The notes beneath the pieces are model-generated. The model was not told the origin of the DNA. It worked only from the letters and a program-made list of their open reading frames with translations, and searched no databases. A DNA stretch of 63,902 nucleotides, filler included, from Trichosphaerium sp. ATCC 40318 (Eukaryota; Protista; Tubulinea), in assembly GCA_038496445.1 (NCBI GenBank). It is 3 parts of 3 records of this genome, joined end to end, with 100 filler letters (N's around TTAATTAATTAA, not from the genome) between each part and the next. Parts side by side here need not be neighbours in the genome. Positions count along the whole stretch, not along the records: positions 29,165 to 49,805 come from JALMLS010000365.1; 2 more parts are not named here. One strand, given 5' to 3'. A program made the translations under genes and the position numbers. Shown in pieces: positions 36,619 to 49,905 of the stretch (its first letter is position 1; each line of letters starts with the position of its first letter).

Positions 36619-38426
36619 TCACTCCCTATCGTATCCTCCATCAGGCTCGTATAGTGCACCTTCATTATCCAGTTCAATGTCTTGTTGCTCGTAGCCTAGT
36701 TGATGTTATCTAAGGCAACATAAATATCTGGGTTACTCTTTTGACTCTCTCCGGATCTTAATCTTTTCAAGCAATAACCCATGCCTACAATAAACACACA
36801 AAACACTGCGGCAGTTAGCTCAGCAAAAAATAACAATTACGCACAAATAGTTGCAACCAAAAGAATCAGCCACATCGCATTAATTTGGTTCCCTAAGGTC
36901 TCATCTGCAGCTGCGGTGGGCGCTACAGTTGTAGGCGCTTCTGTAGATGGTGCCTCGGTCGTAGGAGGTAGTGTTGTAGGAGCTATTGTAGGAGGTGGTG
37001 TAGGTTTCTCTGTTGGCGAAAGTGTTGGAAACTCATCTACGTATTTCGTTAAATAACATCATATCCATCCAAAAAAGACATACCAACGAAACAATTTACA
37101 CCGGCAATGCAAAGCTCTCCATTAAAGCAACTATAAATGCTAGGATCAAAACAAACATCAGCACCTAGTAGCCGAATATTAGTTTGCAGTTCTGTTTTAT
37201 CGTCTACGCTACCTGGGCAATAATTGGATGATCTATTACATATTGCTCCACTGATACAGCTCTCATTCTGAAGGTTGAAGCAAGTATAATTGGTACCAAA
37301 AGAACCCGCTTCATAATCCGTTAAGTAACAGTTGTAGTTTTACTTTTATACCTTCACAAATAAACTCTTCTTTAAGACATTCCGTTAAACCGTCAAGACA
37401 ACTGTTTACGTCAGGGTCATAACAACCTCCTGGGAAACGACCGACTATAACGAGTAAGTATGTATTGGCTTGGCATGAAATGCGTACCTGGACACAAAGT
37501 TTCGCCAAAAGGACAAATAAACTGGGAAAGACACAGTTCGCTTGCAAGATCATAACAACCGCCTACAGTTGCGTTGGCTGTCCTGCAATGACCTTGGTTC
37601 ACACCAGGACATATAAATCCGTTTGTACAGGACTGGTTGCTTCGGTCATAACAACCTCCAGGATATGTGACAGGATCTCCATTATCAGCTTTACATCGTT
37701 AGCGTTTTATTATATTTGGAACAAAATACTTACCAGGGCAATATTGGGAGCTTAATCCATCACAAACTTGCGGCTTGACACCGTTTCCTAAGTTGGTGCA
37801 AGTCTGTGTGTTTTGTCTGAAACAGATCTCGTCTGCGAAAGTATCCCCTGATTGACAGAAGGCTGCATCTGTCCCTTCACAAATTCTACCAGAGAGGCAA
37901 GATTGCGAAGCTGGAAAAAAACAACCACCAGGACCGCCCGAAACAGCTAGGATGGTTATTCAATTGTATTGGAAAAACTGAAAAAAAAAACCAAACAAAA
38001 TCGCACCTGCAGGGCAATAGTCACTTAATTTACCATCACAAACTGCTCCTTCAAAACAATTTTGCGTTGGTGGATCAAAACAAACAGATACGTTCCGATG
38101 AATACCGGCAAAACATATTGTCGAATCGTTAGCGTCAGCAGGCACAGATAAGCACACTTGATAGTTCTCGTCGCATAGTTGTACCGTTGGGTTAAGATAC
38201 TGGTAGCACAGGCCTACACTCGAACCCACGTCTTCAAGGCGAACTAAATGTGCTGAGGAAAAAGACGACACATAAAGTACTTACTGCAACAGGTTTGGCA
38301 GTTTGTGGGATCTGCAATACAACTATTATTTGTACATCTAACATCATCGTAGTCGCTGCAAGAGAACTGCGCGTTCGCTCCTGCGAATAAACACACCAAA
38401 ACTACGACTCCTACTGCTGTATACAT
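36619..38426 (-). CDS. Long Cys-rich repeat type-I membrane protein
   Basis: Signal MYTAVGVVVLVCLFAGANA, many CFDP/CYDP..C..G..C units, PTxAPT stalk, TM, short acidic tail. Confidence 0.7.
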
Positions 38427-39662
38427 GTCGCACTAACTCCGTAAGAAGAATAAACACCAAACACTATTTGCTAATCGAAGAAGAGCATATTATCGTGAGT
38501 TGCAAACATACCTTAATATTACTAAGAGCTACCGCCACGACTCTTTTACTTATTTGGAGAGTAAGTACAATTGTAGTCAAAATATGTCGCCTAAGTAAAT
38601 TCTTTGCGAAAGGGTTACACTTGAACCACGGCTCTACATTCAAATACATAGGTAAATAGAAACAGCGCAAGAGCTAACGTGTTTTCTACTTTTACAGTAT
38701 TGCTTGAGGTTTCCAGTTCCCAAGCGAACGGTATTGAGGCTAGAACTATGTTCTTATTTATAGCCGAAAATGCTACCACTGGTTGCGTCATTAAACGTTC
38801 GCAATATTAAGTAATTAGACTATCAATCGCTAAGCAAATGCACCTACTCGTCAACAAGGGTATATGTTGATCTTCAGTTGAAAATGAGTAGTGACTCCTC
38901 GTTTATTGAGGTTTGTAACATACGTGAGAAGTTACACCACATTCATTGTTAGGTAGTGGATTGTATAGCACTGTGGGTGATGTACGCTGCGGTTTCAACG
39001 AGACTTATTACTTTGATCTATATGCAAGCAATTAGTATGCACAAGTAACAATGATTGTTGCGTCTACAAATACACTAGAATCGGCTGCAGAATTGAGTAC
39101 AGTGAATAAGTTGTTCAGGGATCATCTGGATTAATCATTTGCTGTTCACGTGTTGATACTTGCTACAAACTATGATAAACTGACATAGTATTGGTCAGTT
39201 ACATATTACTCCACTGTAACATTCGTCAGTGAGCACGCTGTAGCACGCGGTGGAACCTGCAATTTCTACAAAGAGTTACAAAAACGATTATTTTCAAGTT
39301 TTTCCGTTGAAAGTTGATGCCCTCAAGCTTGTATGCTTGCCAAATTTGTGATTTTTTTAGTGACTGATTTGAGTGGCTTTTTCAATCACTTCAAAAAACT
39401 ATGATAGCTTAGAAAACCCTGTTTGCGTTAATGGTAGCAAAACAAGTATGGTTACCATAGCACGCTATCACATAACAACGAGAAAGGTTTCAACTAACAA
39501 AGAATATGACTTAATGTATCCATTTTCTATCCACCGCTTTTGGATAGTATAAATGCGACTCCTGTTGGTAATAGGTGACAATGATTCTAAGCGTTTTTGT
39601 GTATATATAACATAAGGAAACAGATGGAATGTGAACTAGTTCTCTAGTAACCAAAAACTAGT

Positions 39663-40110
39663 TTAGGCAAATGCTTTGTCAAGTGCAACGACCAATCCAG
39701 CTAAACTAGAGCAATACAAACAAAACAAAGTTAATCTTTGCATTGGACAATTCTTGATTACCCACATCGCTTGGGATATCAATCTGATAATGAAACGCAC
39801 AGGAACAATATTCAAGTCCAATATCACAAACATCTCCAGCAAAACAGGTTTGAGATTTTGTATCAAAACATGTTGGTCCTCCATTGTGATCATCTATAGT
39901 GACTAAATATGCTACTGAGTGTATAGGACATACTTTTACATAACTCTTGCGTGTCCAAACACATAATCGAAGCATCAGGTAAGGAGTATGATTGAGAAGA
40001 AGTTCTACACTTGAAAACCAACAGATTGATGTACAAAAATGATGAATCGATCTCAATATATGAAGCGTTTGCAATGGGATAACGGTTGGTACCTAAGTTT
40101 TCAACAACAT
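39663..40110 (-). pseudogene. Partial Cys-rich repeat paralog
   Basis: GGPTCFDTKSQTCFAGDVCDIGLEYC; no clean signal peptide or stalk. Confidence 0.45.
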
Positions 40111-40196
40111 GAACGCTGTGAATGGAAAGTGATTGAAACAAAGATACTTAACGTTTGATCACAACTTAACTTCATACTTCCAACCCATCAACAACA

Positions 40197-40826
40197 ATGC
40201 AACAGCTTAAAACTCTCATATCCCTTCTCATCGCATTATCAATAGCCTTGGTTATCGCCAGATCTAACTGTACCAAAAACGAGGAGCACTGTCCACCTAG
40301 TACAACATCAAGTTGGAATTCACTACAAATCACTCACATTCTTTAGGTTTATTTGGTAGTGGCGGTTGCTTCAACCCTCTCAATGGAACCTGCGAGCAAG
40401 GTAAGATATGTACTGGAAACAGTTCCAAGGTTTGTAAGAACCATAAAGATCCAAAAAAGAGTAAATGTTATGATACAATTACTCAAACTTGCAATTCATC
40501 GAAGTGTGATAATCCATTCAATCACTGTACTGGTACGGAGTTTATGCTTACTTTTGTCTAACCTACATACCACAGCTACTTCTCGCCCTACTATAGCTTC
40601 ATACAATAAAACAAATGCTTCATCAATGAGGGTTCCAACAACTGAATCACCAGTAACACCAAGCATGCATCTCAGCGACAAAGTAACACCAATTGTAAAT
40701 GCCTTATTCTTAACAATAATCATAATTATTACAACAACTATCACCATTACAGTTGCTTATATTGTATACATTTCAATGCAAAAACCAAATGTTCAAACGT
40801 ACCAACCAATATACAGCCAATTGTAA
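40197..40826 (+). CDS. Short Cys-rich repeat type-I membrane protein
   Basis: Signal MQQLKTLISLLIALSIALVIA, GGCFNP..CEQGKIC, TM, tail TYQPIYSQL*. Confidence 0.7.
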
Positions 40827-41776
40827 CCCACAGATTGTCACTGCACATAAGTGTGACAGTAATATAAACCAAACAATCAATAAACGCAAATGGATTTTCA
40901 ATTGTTATCGGCTTTCCTGATTTCCCAGCGAAGATAATATGCTCTCGAATGTAAATACAAAAAGCTGTGAATTCGTTTGTATTCCGCAAAAGATAGTACT
41001 CTGAAAGTTGATACAATACATTGCTGTATAGTTGGTATGACATTTATTGGTGCTGTAGATTTTGTGCAATACTGACTCTACTCACAGGAAAACGTGACTT
41101 TGCAAATCAAAAAAACTCAGTACTTGTGATGTAGGAGATCTACCTTAACAGGTGTCATAGTAGGAGAAATTACAGATGCTAGATCTGTTTAGCTTCAACA
41201 GGCACCAACTAAGTAACTCTTGGCACATACACACTGATGTGATGTTTACAACACGACCTTCAAAACTACACCTTTTGTCTCATTGGTTAGCAATACTACT
41301 TATAGACGGTTTGTGAACATAGGTAGCCTTTTGCAACTCTGCAAGCTATACCATTAGTGTATCCTTATGGAGTACTTTAAGTGAGCATAAGCAAAAAGTC
41401 AGGTGCATGCTACAAATTGGGAGTTAGTCGAACATGAAAAGTGTCCAAAACATGTAAAGTGTCCCAAAAAAAAATGCCATGCTATGTTTTTTTTGTAAAT
41501 TTATTTTTTATTTTTACACTATTTAATCTAGCACTTTAAAACTTTCGTCACACGTCATTAACACCACTGCGCATATTCTACAACGTGCTACTTCTATATG
41601 AGCAACCATTCTCATGAGTTATAAATCGCACTTTAGCTGCGTCCAATTTGATGCAATTTGGGCACCATGTGAGTACCACAATTGATGCACCATTTTTTGC
41701 GAATGCAAGTTTGATGAGTTTTGTTGTGATGGTATGCTACTTTAAAATTTTATTTGGCTGCTAATTGTTGTTCAAG

Positions 41777-42257
41777 CTGGATCATTTGGTGACACTGCTA
41801 CATGCTACAAGTTTGCCACTGAGGGATGTTTTGATGGAGCAATATGCAAAAAAACTGATCAATACTGTGCAGGTAACCCGTAACAAAGCACATTTGAGAC
41901 TAAAATGAATACATAGGCGCTGGATGTTTCGATCCAAATACTCAAGGATGCTTTGGAGGAATACTATGTACTCTTGGCATCGATTGTTTTCTACCACGTC
42001 CAACGAATGTACCTACTTCTCACCCAACAGAAGCACCATCGGCTGTACCAACTGCTTCACCAATAGTCATGCCAAGTGAACCACCAGCCAATGTGCATCT
42101 CAACAGCGACAAAGTGACACCAATTGTCAATGCATTATTCTTAACGATAATCATTGTTTTGGCAACAACTATCACTTGTACCGTTGTATACATTGTTTAT
42201 GTTTCAATGAGAAAAAATACTGTTCAAACTTACCAACCGATATACAACCAATTGTAA
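41777..42257 (+). pseudogene. 5'-incomplete Cys-rich membrane protein paralog
   Basis: Exons CYKFATEGCFDGAIC and GCFDPNTQGCFGGILC, stalk, TM and tail nearly identical to 40197-40826; no start exon found. Confidence 0.55.
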
Positions 42258-43869
42258 TCACAGAGGTATTAGTCACACGCACGACATTTATACAAACAAT
42301 CAATAAAACAATGGATATTCACGTTATTACAGCTTTCTTGTTTTCTTCATTTCTTGCGATTCCATGATTCACATCTAGCTCTCCAAATCACTCCCATTGC
42401 AACTATTCTTAACCTTGTACATTGTAGTTTTAATAATTTTAGATATCTCCCTAGTGGCAGTTCCTACGCATATTCTAAAGTCAGGTATCTATTGCCAACA
42501 ACCTCGCCTACCCAATAAATACTATTACATGCTTACACGAGTAGCGACGAGGTATAATGCATGTCTCACCCCGATTGCTTGTTTAAATTGAAGTAAATAT
42601 TTACCACAGCCTTTGGTGAACACTTTGATTGTATAGTACTGGAATAGCGATGCATATGAAAAAAAACACTCTTTGAAAAGTTTTAAATAAGTTAAGTCAT
42701 CCTTAATAGATGCACTAACATAACCACTGTACGGTATTTATACGGCTTGACCATAACGTAAATACAACGCTGTGAATATCCATTTGTGTTTATTGAAGGT
42801 TGTTTTTTTTGGTTCATGAAAGTCACGTTTACATTCCCGTGACGAAAGCTAGACTTGGTATTCTACTTGGTTGTATTTCTTAAACAATATTGTTTTAACT
42901 TTGCAGAACATAATCTTAACGCAACAAAAAGTGTCATACCGGCAATACAAAATGTACAGAAGATGCTGTCATTGAATTGGGTGCAAAATGCTATTAACCA
43001 AAAATAATAAATCCATTCTTTTATTATTGTAGTTTGCGTAACTTCTCTAAAGTTGTTTGAATAAATGTAAATCCATTTTAAAACCTTGAAAAAGCAAGTT
43101 TTTTCGTAATTCTTTTTGAAGATATAGAAAATGGGTATCTGTAGCAAGTAAAACAGCCTTTTGGTAATCTTTTTTTGAAAGGTGCAATTCGTAACGACTT
43201 TTGCACTTTCTTACAATACCGGTATTTTACGGTGCCCATGTTTTCAGTAGATGACTGCTATATAACCAAAACACTCTGGTTAAAATTACAGGTTGGGCCA
43301 AGTTGGGTGTCCAAAGTTATTTTAAAAAAACTGTGAATTTTTGGCCATTTCGTTCATGAAAAGACCATGTTTACTAAAACTCACTAAGCAATCAAGCTTA
43401 TTTTCACTCTAAACAACTTGATTGGATAGTAAAATGGCTCTAGAGTAACATTCCACTATTAAAAATTTCAATTGCAAATTTGGGTGTCCACTATGCACAT
43501 TCCGTGAAAAAAAAAGTTTCGTTTATTGCAAAAAAAAACACCGCGACTTAAGAGTGCCCTAAATTAAAGGGTCTACTGTTGAGGCATTATTATAACAGTA
43601 ATTAGGCCAAATAGCCTTCATTGATTAGGATCTATGGCTGTTTGCGTTTAAATTACTGTTAACAGAACGGTAATTTTTTCTAAAACACGTGCCTGTTAAA
43701 AGTATGCTACCAATGGTATAAAATCAAAAATTGAAATTAGAGACAGACGTAGCACAATGGTTTTGAGTTTAAGTCACCTACACGCTCCATATTAAGGTGA
43801 CTATGTGTAACATTATAATTATACAACACTGAACACAAACGCAATTCAAAAAATAAGGTTCCAAAGACC

Positions 43870-44670
43870 ATGATTCAACCCAAAAAAGCTAAAATATCAC
43901 GTGATACAAACCCAAGCTCAACCATTTCTCCTTTCGAGATATACGATACAGCATCGTTGATAACGAAAATGGCGTTTTCGGTCATTAAACTATACGATGT
44001 ATGCTCTTGGACGCGACTAAACACAATATTCCACGAGGTGATTAACGAAGAGTCTACAATGTTATATTACTACAAGAAACATTTTGACTCTGAGAAGACT
44101 GAAGAAAACCTCCCAACTCCATCAGTAGCGAAGACATATCTACACAACCGGCTTAGGTTTGAACATAAATTTAGTTGGTCTTATTCTTTCTCTTACAATG
44201 TATTTGATGGATTCAAAGGTCCAAACATTTCATTTGAAAAGTTCAAGCTAAACAAGTATGGAATACCAGGTTTTTTTTTCCACGAAGTCGTAGCAAAATG
44301 TGGGGACGAGGGCTTTAGAGAAAGTTTGACAATAGACATAACAGTATTCCCATCAAAAGCTGCTATTGGTACAAATTCAATAGAACTTGGCTTTTATTTT
44401 ATGACGTGCGGAGAAGATTGGGATTGTGTCAGCGTGAATTTGCAAAATGAGGTTGCAATTGAATGTGATACAGAATTTTCCACTATCAAAATAAATGAAA
44501 AACGAGCAAATATATTAGTGGAGCTTCTACAAAATCATGTAGAAGATTTTGAAATAAATTCTGAACCCTATGATCCAATGGATATTGTGGGTTTGGTTCT
44601 TTGTTGGATGTGTAAATATGTACCAATTTACAGACTGAAATACAATGGATGGTATTTAAATATGACATGA
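43870..44670 (+). CDS. Intronless hypothetical protein, F-box-like N-terminus
   Basis: 266-aa ORF containing LITKMAFSVIKLYDVCSWTRLNTIFHEVI. Confidence 0.55.
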   Translation: MIQPKKAKISRDTNPSSTISPFEIYDTASLITKMAFSVIKLYDVCSWTRLNTIFHEVINEESTMLYYYKKHFDSEKTEENLPTPSVAKTYLHNRLRFEHKFSWSYSFSYNVFDGFKGPNISFEKFKLNKYGIPGFFFHEVVAKCGDEGFRESLTIDITVFPSKAAIGTNSIELGFYFMTCGEDWDCVSVNLQNEVAIECDTEFSTIKINEKRANILVELLQNHVEDFEINSEPYDPMDIVGLVLCWMCKYVPIYRLKYNGWYLNMT

Positions 44671-44773
44671 AGATAGAACACATTTAAAGTTCTTACAATC
44701 AAAGCAAACTATGTAGAGGTGATTGAATCGAATAAAAAAATCACAAAAAGTTTGGCTATACGTGTTTTACTCC

Positions 44774-44894
44774 GTTAGAATAACCGTTGCGCCAGCTAGA
44801 CAATGAATATGAGACTGTTTGGGAGGAAAGACAACGTCTTAGTGGCTATCAATAGCGCACTGATGTTGTATATATTTGTACATTAAAACACTAC
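44774..44894 (+). repeat. Dispersed repeat, second copy at ~62685-62801
   Basis: Shared GTTAGAATAACC..GCCAGCTAG..GTCTTAGTGGCTATCAATAGC.CACTGATGT..AAAACACTAC. Confidence 0.7.
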
Positions 44895-45350
44895 TTTTTC
44901 AGAGAATAAAGGTGTAAAAATAAAGTTGAAGTCATTATTTTGACACACAACTCACTGCTACTGACACTTGATAATTCCAAATTCATTTTTAGCGCAACAG
45001 CACGTAAGCAACGTACTAATAAACAATCACAAGTCTAATTATAAGAGTATGTATTAAGTGAAGAACAATAAAGGACATCATACCTAAAAAAAAAGTGATA
45101 CACGTGCGTAGGTATGTTTACTGGTACTTGCGGAGGGTGATGTTGTTGGTAATAGACATCAGACGGTAGCGAATGCGTACGAAGGGAGATATCTGTAGAA
45201 AAGTCCAAACGTGTTAAAAGACTTGCTGCCAGCTACACGAAATGGTGACTTGACTACAGATGTAAAGAACTGTTTTATATGGCTACGGACACTGTCACTT
45301 CGTGAAGGATATCATTTGTTTTACTCAGCAGTTGTCTTTTTACCAAACAA

Positions 45351-45504
45351 GGGGTTGCACTACATTTCGCGAAATGTGGCATGTTGTATTTCTTCGAAAT
45401 CTGTTCTTTTTGAGGCCTTTTGTACAACATTTTTGCATAAAACAGTAGCACATTTTTTAGTCAATCGTGGCTCTAATCAATTTCGCGAAATGTAGTGCAA
45501 ACCC
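45351..45504. mobile_element. 154-bp MITE-like element
   Basis: 25-bp TIRs GGG[G/T]TTGCACTACATTTCGCGAAAT with one mismatch; no clear TSD. Confidence 0.6.
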
Positions 45505-45728
45505 ACGGATGGCTCACAAAGCTAGCTTTGTCATTGTTAAGTTTATTGTAAATATATTTGTTTCTTAGTGCAAACACCTTTAGTCTATGGTGGATCACTA
45601 TTACAACAATGTATGTTACCATAAGCTGTGGGTCTAAAATTGTGTTCCAAAAGGCATGAGTTGAGTGTTGTTGGAATTAAAATCAAAGACAGAGTTTGTT
45701 GTACATACAACATTTGCATGAACTGCTT

Positions 45729-47109
45729 TTATATCACTTCTAAATATACCGCGCCATGATCTTCTCCTTATATCAAAACATTGGGAGAACCCAACATCTA
45801 AAAAAAAATACAATCAGCAACAGAACCCACATAAGAAAAATACAGCTTGACTTAAGCTAAAAATAATCCCGTCACTCGCAATGGTTTTAAACAACAGTAA
45901 ATATTGTAAAAAGAGACAAAAAGTGTTAATTGATATTTCTACGGTTTCAGCATACTGAGGTAAAACTCAAAGCTTCATTGTAACTCAAAAAAAAAAAGAG
46001 CAACCTAAAACTCCACTTCTTATAATACGTACTGTGCAACTTCCAATACTTTCCATTATACGTATCCACAACACATTTGTCTGATACACAGTGCAGTGGA
46101 TATTTTGTATTCCTCAAGTCAAAGTATATAGCTGGTGTTGAAGTACCATGAACAATGATCATGTCGTCACAGAGTGTGGTAGAATTTTTTGCAAAGTGAA
46201 ATCTACTATCGGCATTCCATAGAATCGTCTTCTCTTCCTTTGAACGCTTATCAATTACAAAAATACCTAATTTAAGGCAAGGTGCAATGATAATGTTTCT
46301 ATCATATGTAGGAGCAGAACAAACGAGATCTTCTAGAACATAGCTATGAAGACATGTTCCAGTATGGATATCAAGCAAAGCTACTTCAGATGTTGTTTTA
46401 GGTATATTAACGCCACAGATGAGGATATCATCTTGATTATCCTTGTAACTAATACTATGTTCTGTAGATATCTTGTAATCAAATACGACACTAACATCAA
46501 AACGGTTGAACGTGAGTGTTGGATAGTGACTAAACTCAAATGAAATTGGTGAACTTTTGTAGCTACGATTGATCATGTAAGGCCAACTTGTATACATCTT
46601 TTCTCTCATAACATCATAGCATATATGTTTACCATCTCCTGACAGTTTCCAATACCCATCACTAGCTAAAAAAAAGTTATGAGCATCAAAAACAAAGGCA
46701 AACTGCAGAAGAAAGAAACCCAAAACAGATTCGGTGTTGTTTAAAGCCCACCGAGGCTCTATTTGTTGATGCTGATGAGGAATATGTAGCACGTGCCTGA
46801 ATCAAACTTCATGTAAGTACCAAAGGTCTTTAATTCAACTTGGAGTTTAGACATGTTCCTAAGTGCAATCATCTCCCGCTTCAAAATTGTTATAGAATCG
46901 CGAGTTTCTGAATCTGGAGGTTTTAAGATGTTGAGTTTAGGAAGAAGTCTACCGGCATCTTTCAGAAGCCATAGAAGTCCTTTGCATGTCATACCAAGCG
47001 AAAACCATGGTGTACATTCCAGGTAGTCTGTAATTGCGCTAAGAATCTCGATGGGAACATCTTGAGTCAAGTAGTCTTTTTGGTTCTCTGAAATACAAGT
47101 CAGACACAT
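45729..47109 (-). CDS. F-box protein with beta-rich (propeller-like) C-terminus, multi-exon
   Basis: LTQDVPIEILSAITDYLECTPWFSLGMTCKGL, then VALLDIHTGTCLHSY and IYFDLRN. Confidence 0.6.
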
Positions 47110-47224
47110 AAGTGCAAATGAAATCAAGAATCCAATACCTGTAATTGATGTACTCCCAGAAGCTTTATTATTTGTAGGAATAGAATCAATCATCAAATAA
47201 TAACCTAAGAGAAGAGAACAGTCA

Positions 47225-48670
47225 TTAAAAGTAAACAATCTTTTTTGTATTTTTAATACCCTTCAGTAAGCCTCGGAGATTTGGTAAGTTTAATGAGCGT
47301 CTAAGATGTATTTGTGCTTTCTTTTCCATTGAAAATATCAAAGGCAGATAAGGTACAATCTCCTTCATGGTTTTATAGCGCTCTAATGTTTCTACAAGGA
47401 GCACCATTGGAATATCTTTAGCGTTTTCACCACAGCAAAGTAAAAAGTTAACAACATTTGGGTTGTTCATTTTAAGAGCCCACACCAAAGGTTTTTCATT
47501 TCTTAGTTCATTTCGAAGTCCATCTATTATATGAGAACATTTAGGGATTCTAAAGCGCTCAACAAGAGCGCTTCCAAGAGAACAAACCAAACTTTTATAA
47601 CTTGTACGTTGCGTCATTTCTGTTCTTGGTATGTTCAAAATCGAAAAGAAACCTTCAATGCACTCGTTATCTACACAGCTGGCATGGGCAGTAACAGAAA
47701 GGGGCTTGAGTAAGGCATAAGTATAAGAATTAAGATCAGAAAGCACGTGATCCAGTGAGGTAAGAAAGAAAAAGGCATACCTTTGTCAACTTGAATGGAC
47801 TTTCTTTAAAAGCCTTTGCAAAAGCAATAAACCCTTCTTTCTTATGCTCTTCTAATATGCGGGTATCTATAGAATCTTTTATTCTGAATTTGTGTGGGTG
47901 AGGGTAAGCGAAGAAAGCTATGGTTGCTTCTTTAGTGACTAGTTTAGTACGTGAGTAGAACTATACATACATTGACTTGTGAAAAAAAACAAAGTCCCAC
48001 CTGTAAAAGTAAAGGCAACGCCATACATTCGCCTGAACGACTCGAAAATTCCAAGAACGGTACTAAATGGCATTAGCAGAATACACGCGACTGATATTGA
48101 CACATGTGAGTACAACTGAAAAGTATCACAAAGATGCATGGCTAAATTAGAATTTTGTTCGAACCAAAAAACGCGTGACTTTTGGCTTTATGTAATGCTG
48201 TGATCACGTTACTTCCACGTGTTCGTTTAGGTACCTCATAAACCACATCTTTCCTGATTTACAAGCGTATTCTATAACACTATTCGCTATTTCAGTTGAA
48301 AGTAATTTCGCCTTATACATCTGTCGTAAAAGACATTCAACGATTCTAATTTTTTTTTTGACCTTGACTTTCCGCTGGGGAACCATAATCTGCAGTACAG
48401 GCACTTAAATGTTAACTACATTAGATATAAAGCACTATAAACGCGCTAATACGTACTTATATCAATTACACTTGAAAACCCCTTTGAATAGTAATTATGA
48501 ATGAACCGTAGCGCTGGTCTGTAGTATTTGTACATAATTAACGCCTCCAACGGCGCTTCTCTGTGTAGGTTTATTATTTGAAGCGTTTCCCTCTTGAAAA
48601 AGCCTTTAAGGCTTTTAAAATCTATCATGGTGTAACGTGCAAAGCGCTCTCTTTCTGTGTCATTCGCCAT
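47225..48670 (-). CDS. Multi-exon hypothetical protein with ankyrin-like segments
   Basis: VIEYACKSGKMWFMRYL and PLVWALKMNNPNVVNFLL; GT-AG introns. Confidence 0.45.
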
Positions 48671-48948
48671 CAGTAATTTGAGCCTGGAACAAAGCTGACA
48701 AAATCAATAAGCCAGAAAAAGCTACATGAAATATACCCACGTGAGATTGATGCATTGTGAATGAAGAAAGATGAGTGTGGTAGATTGCCACCGGAGCAAG
48801 GTTGTGTCAGGCAAAGTTTTATTATTAACAACGTACAACCAGTGTGAGGACACACTCAAGAGATATCAGTCATCAATCCGTGATACGGCACCTCCAAGTG
48901 AAAAAGCTGTGATTGATTGTTGATATTTCATAATATCAAGTACCCATA

Positions 48949-49747
48949 ATGCTGAGCAACTACTCTCTATTGGTTATACTATCATTGCTTTCATGTATAA
49001 CAGCATCTGTTCCGACACCTGAGTGCGCTGATGGGCTTATAAAATGCCATGCAAGTACGTGTTAATCATTCTAAATGTTGTTCTTTTTTTAACGTTCCAA
49101 GTAACACGTTTCACTCACATTACATTACAGCACGGTATTTCCCAGGAGAAGATAAATGTTATGATCCCAAAAAACGTAGATGCTACCGTGGATTCTCTGG
49201 TTGCAAAACAACAGAGGCTTTGTGTTGGTGTATGGCTTAGTGAACATTTCCACTATCTTTCAGTTCTAATAAGTTGTTTAGCCGATAGATACGCCCGATG
49301 CTATTCTCGTAAAACACATTTCTGTAGTGGTATAGTTTGTAGAAAAGATCAGATTGTATGTGGATGTAAGTACTTACACCTTTCAACAAAACACCACAAT
49401 CAATCAATTTTCTTTCAAATCATTTCGCTCTTACTATCAATCTAGCCCGAGGGCATGAAATATGTTATGACAAGACTAAGTATGGATGTATCTATGGTAG
49501 ACTTTGTAAGAAACCTGGAATTGCAAAGAACTACAAGGTCCAAAAACCTCCAACAAAAAGAGTCTATTGTTATTTACAGTTGTTTAGAAATTGTTACAAA
49601 GCAACGTTGGGACTTCCTCAAAATCGCTATTCCTGGTTGTATAATAGGTATCCCTCTATTAACTTACCTAACATTACCAGGCCTTTGCGAAGTACTGAGG
49701 CGTATTTGGTATGGGCACTACTTTGCAAATTTGCAATAAATCTTTAA
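48949..49747 (+). CDS. Secreted basic Cys-rich repeat protein (no Pro/Thr stalk)
   Basis: Signal MLSNYSLLVILSLLSCITA, then KCYDPKKRRCYRG, RCYSRKTHFCSG, ICYDKTKYGCIYG. Confidence 0.65.
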
Positions 49748-49805
49748 CATCGCCGTTCTGAGAATGCGTCAGAGGGCCAACTTCTAACATGTTACTAAAC
49801 CTGTA

Positions 49806-49905
49806 NNNNNNNNNNNNNNNNNNNNNNNNNNNNNNNNNNNNNNNNNNNNTTAATTAATTAANNNNNNNNNNNNNNNNNNNNNNNNNNNNNNNNNNNNNNN
49901 NNNNN
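49806..49905. other. Artificial contig-join spacer
   Basis: N-run containing TTAATTAATTAA. Confidence 0.95.

Noticed and set aside
42720-43240. Possible TIR element around the CGGTATTT(A/T)TACGG-like motifs
   Set aside because: I could not define matching ends or a TSD.
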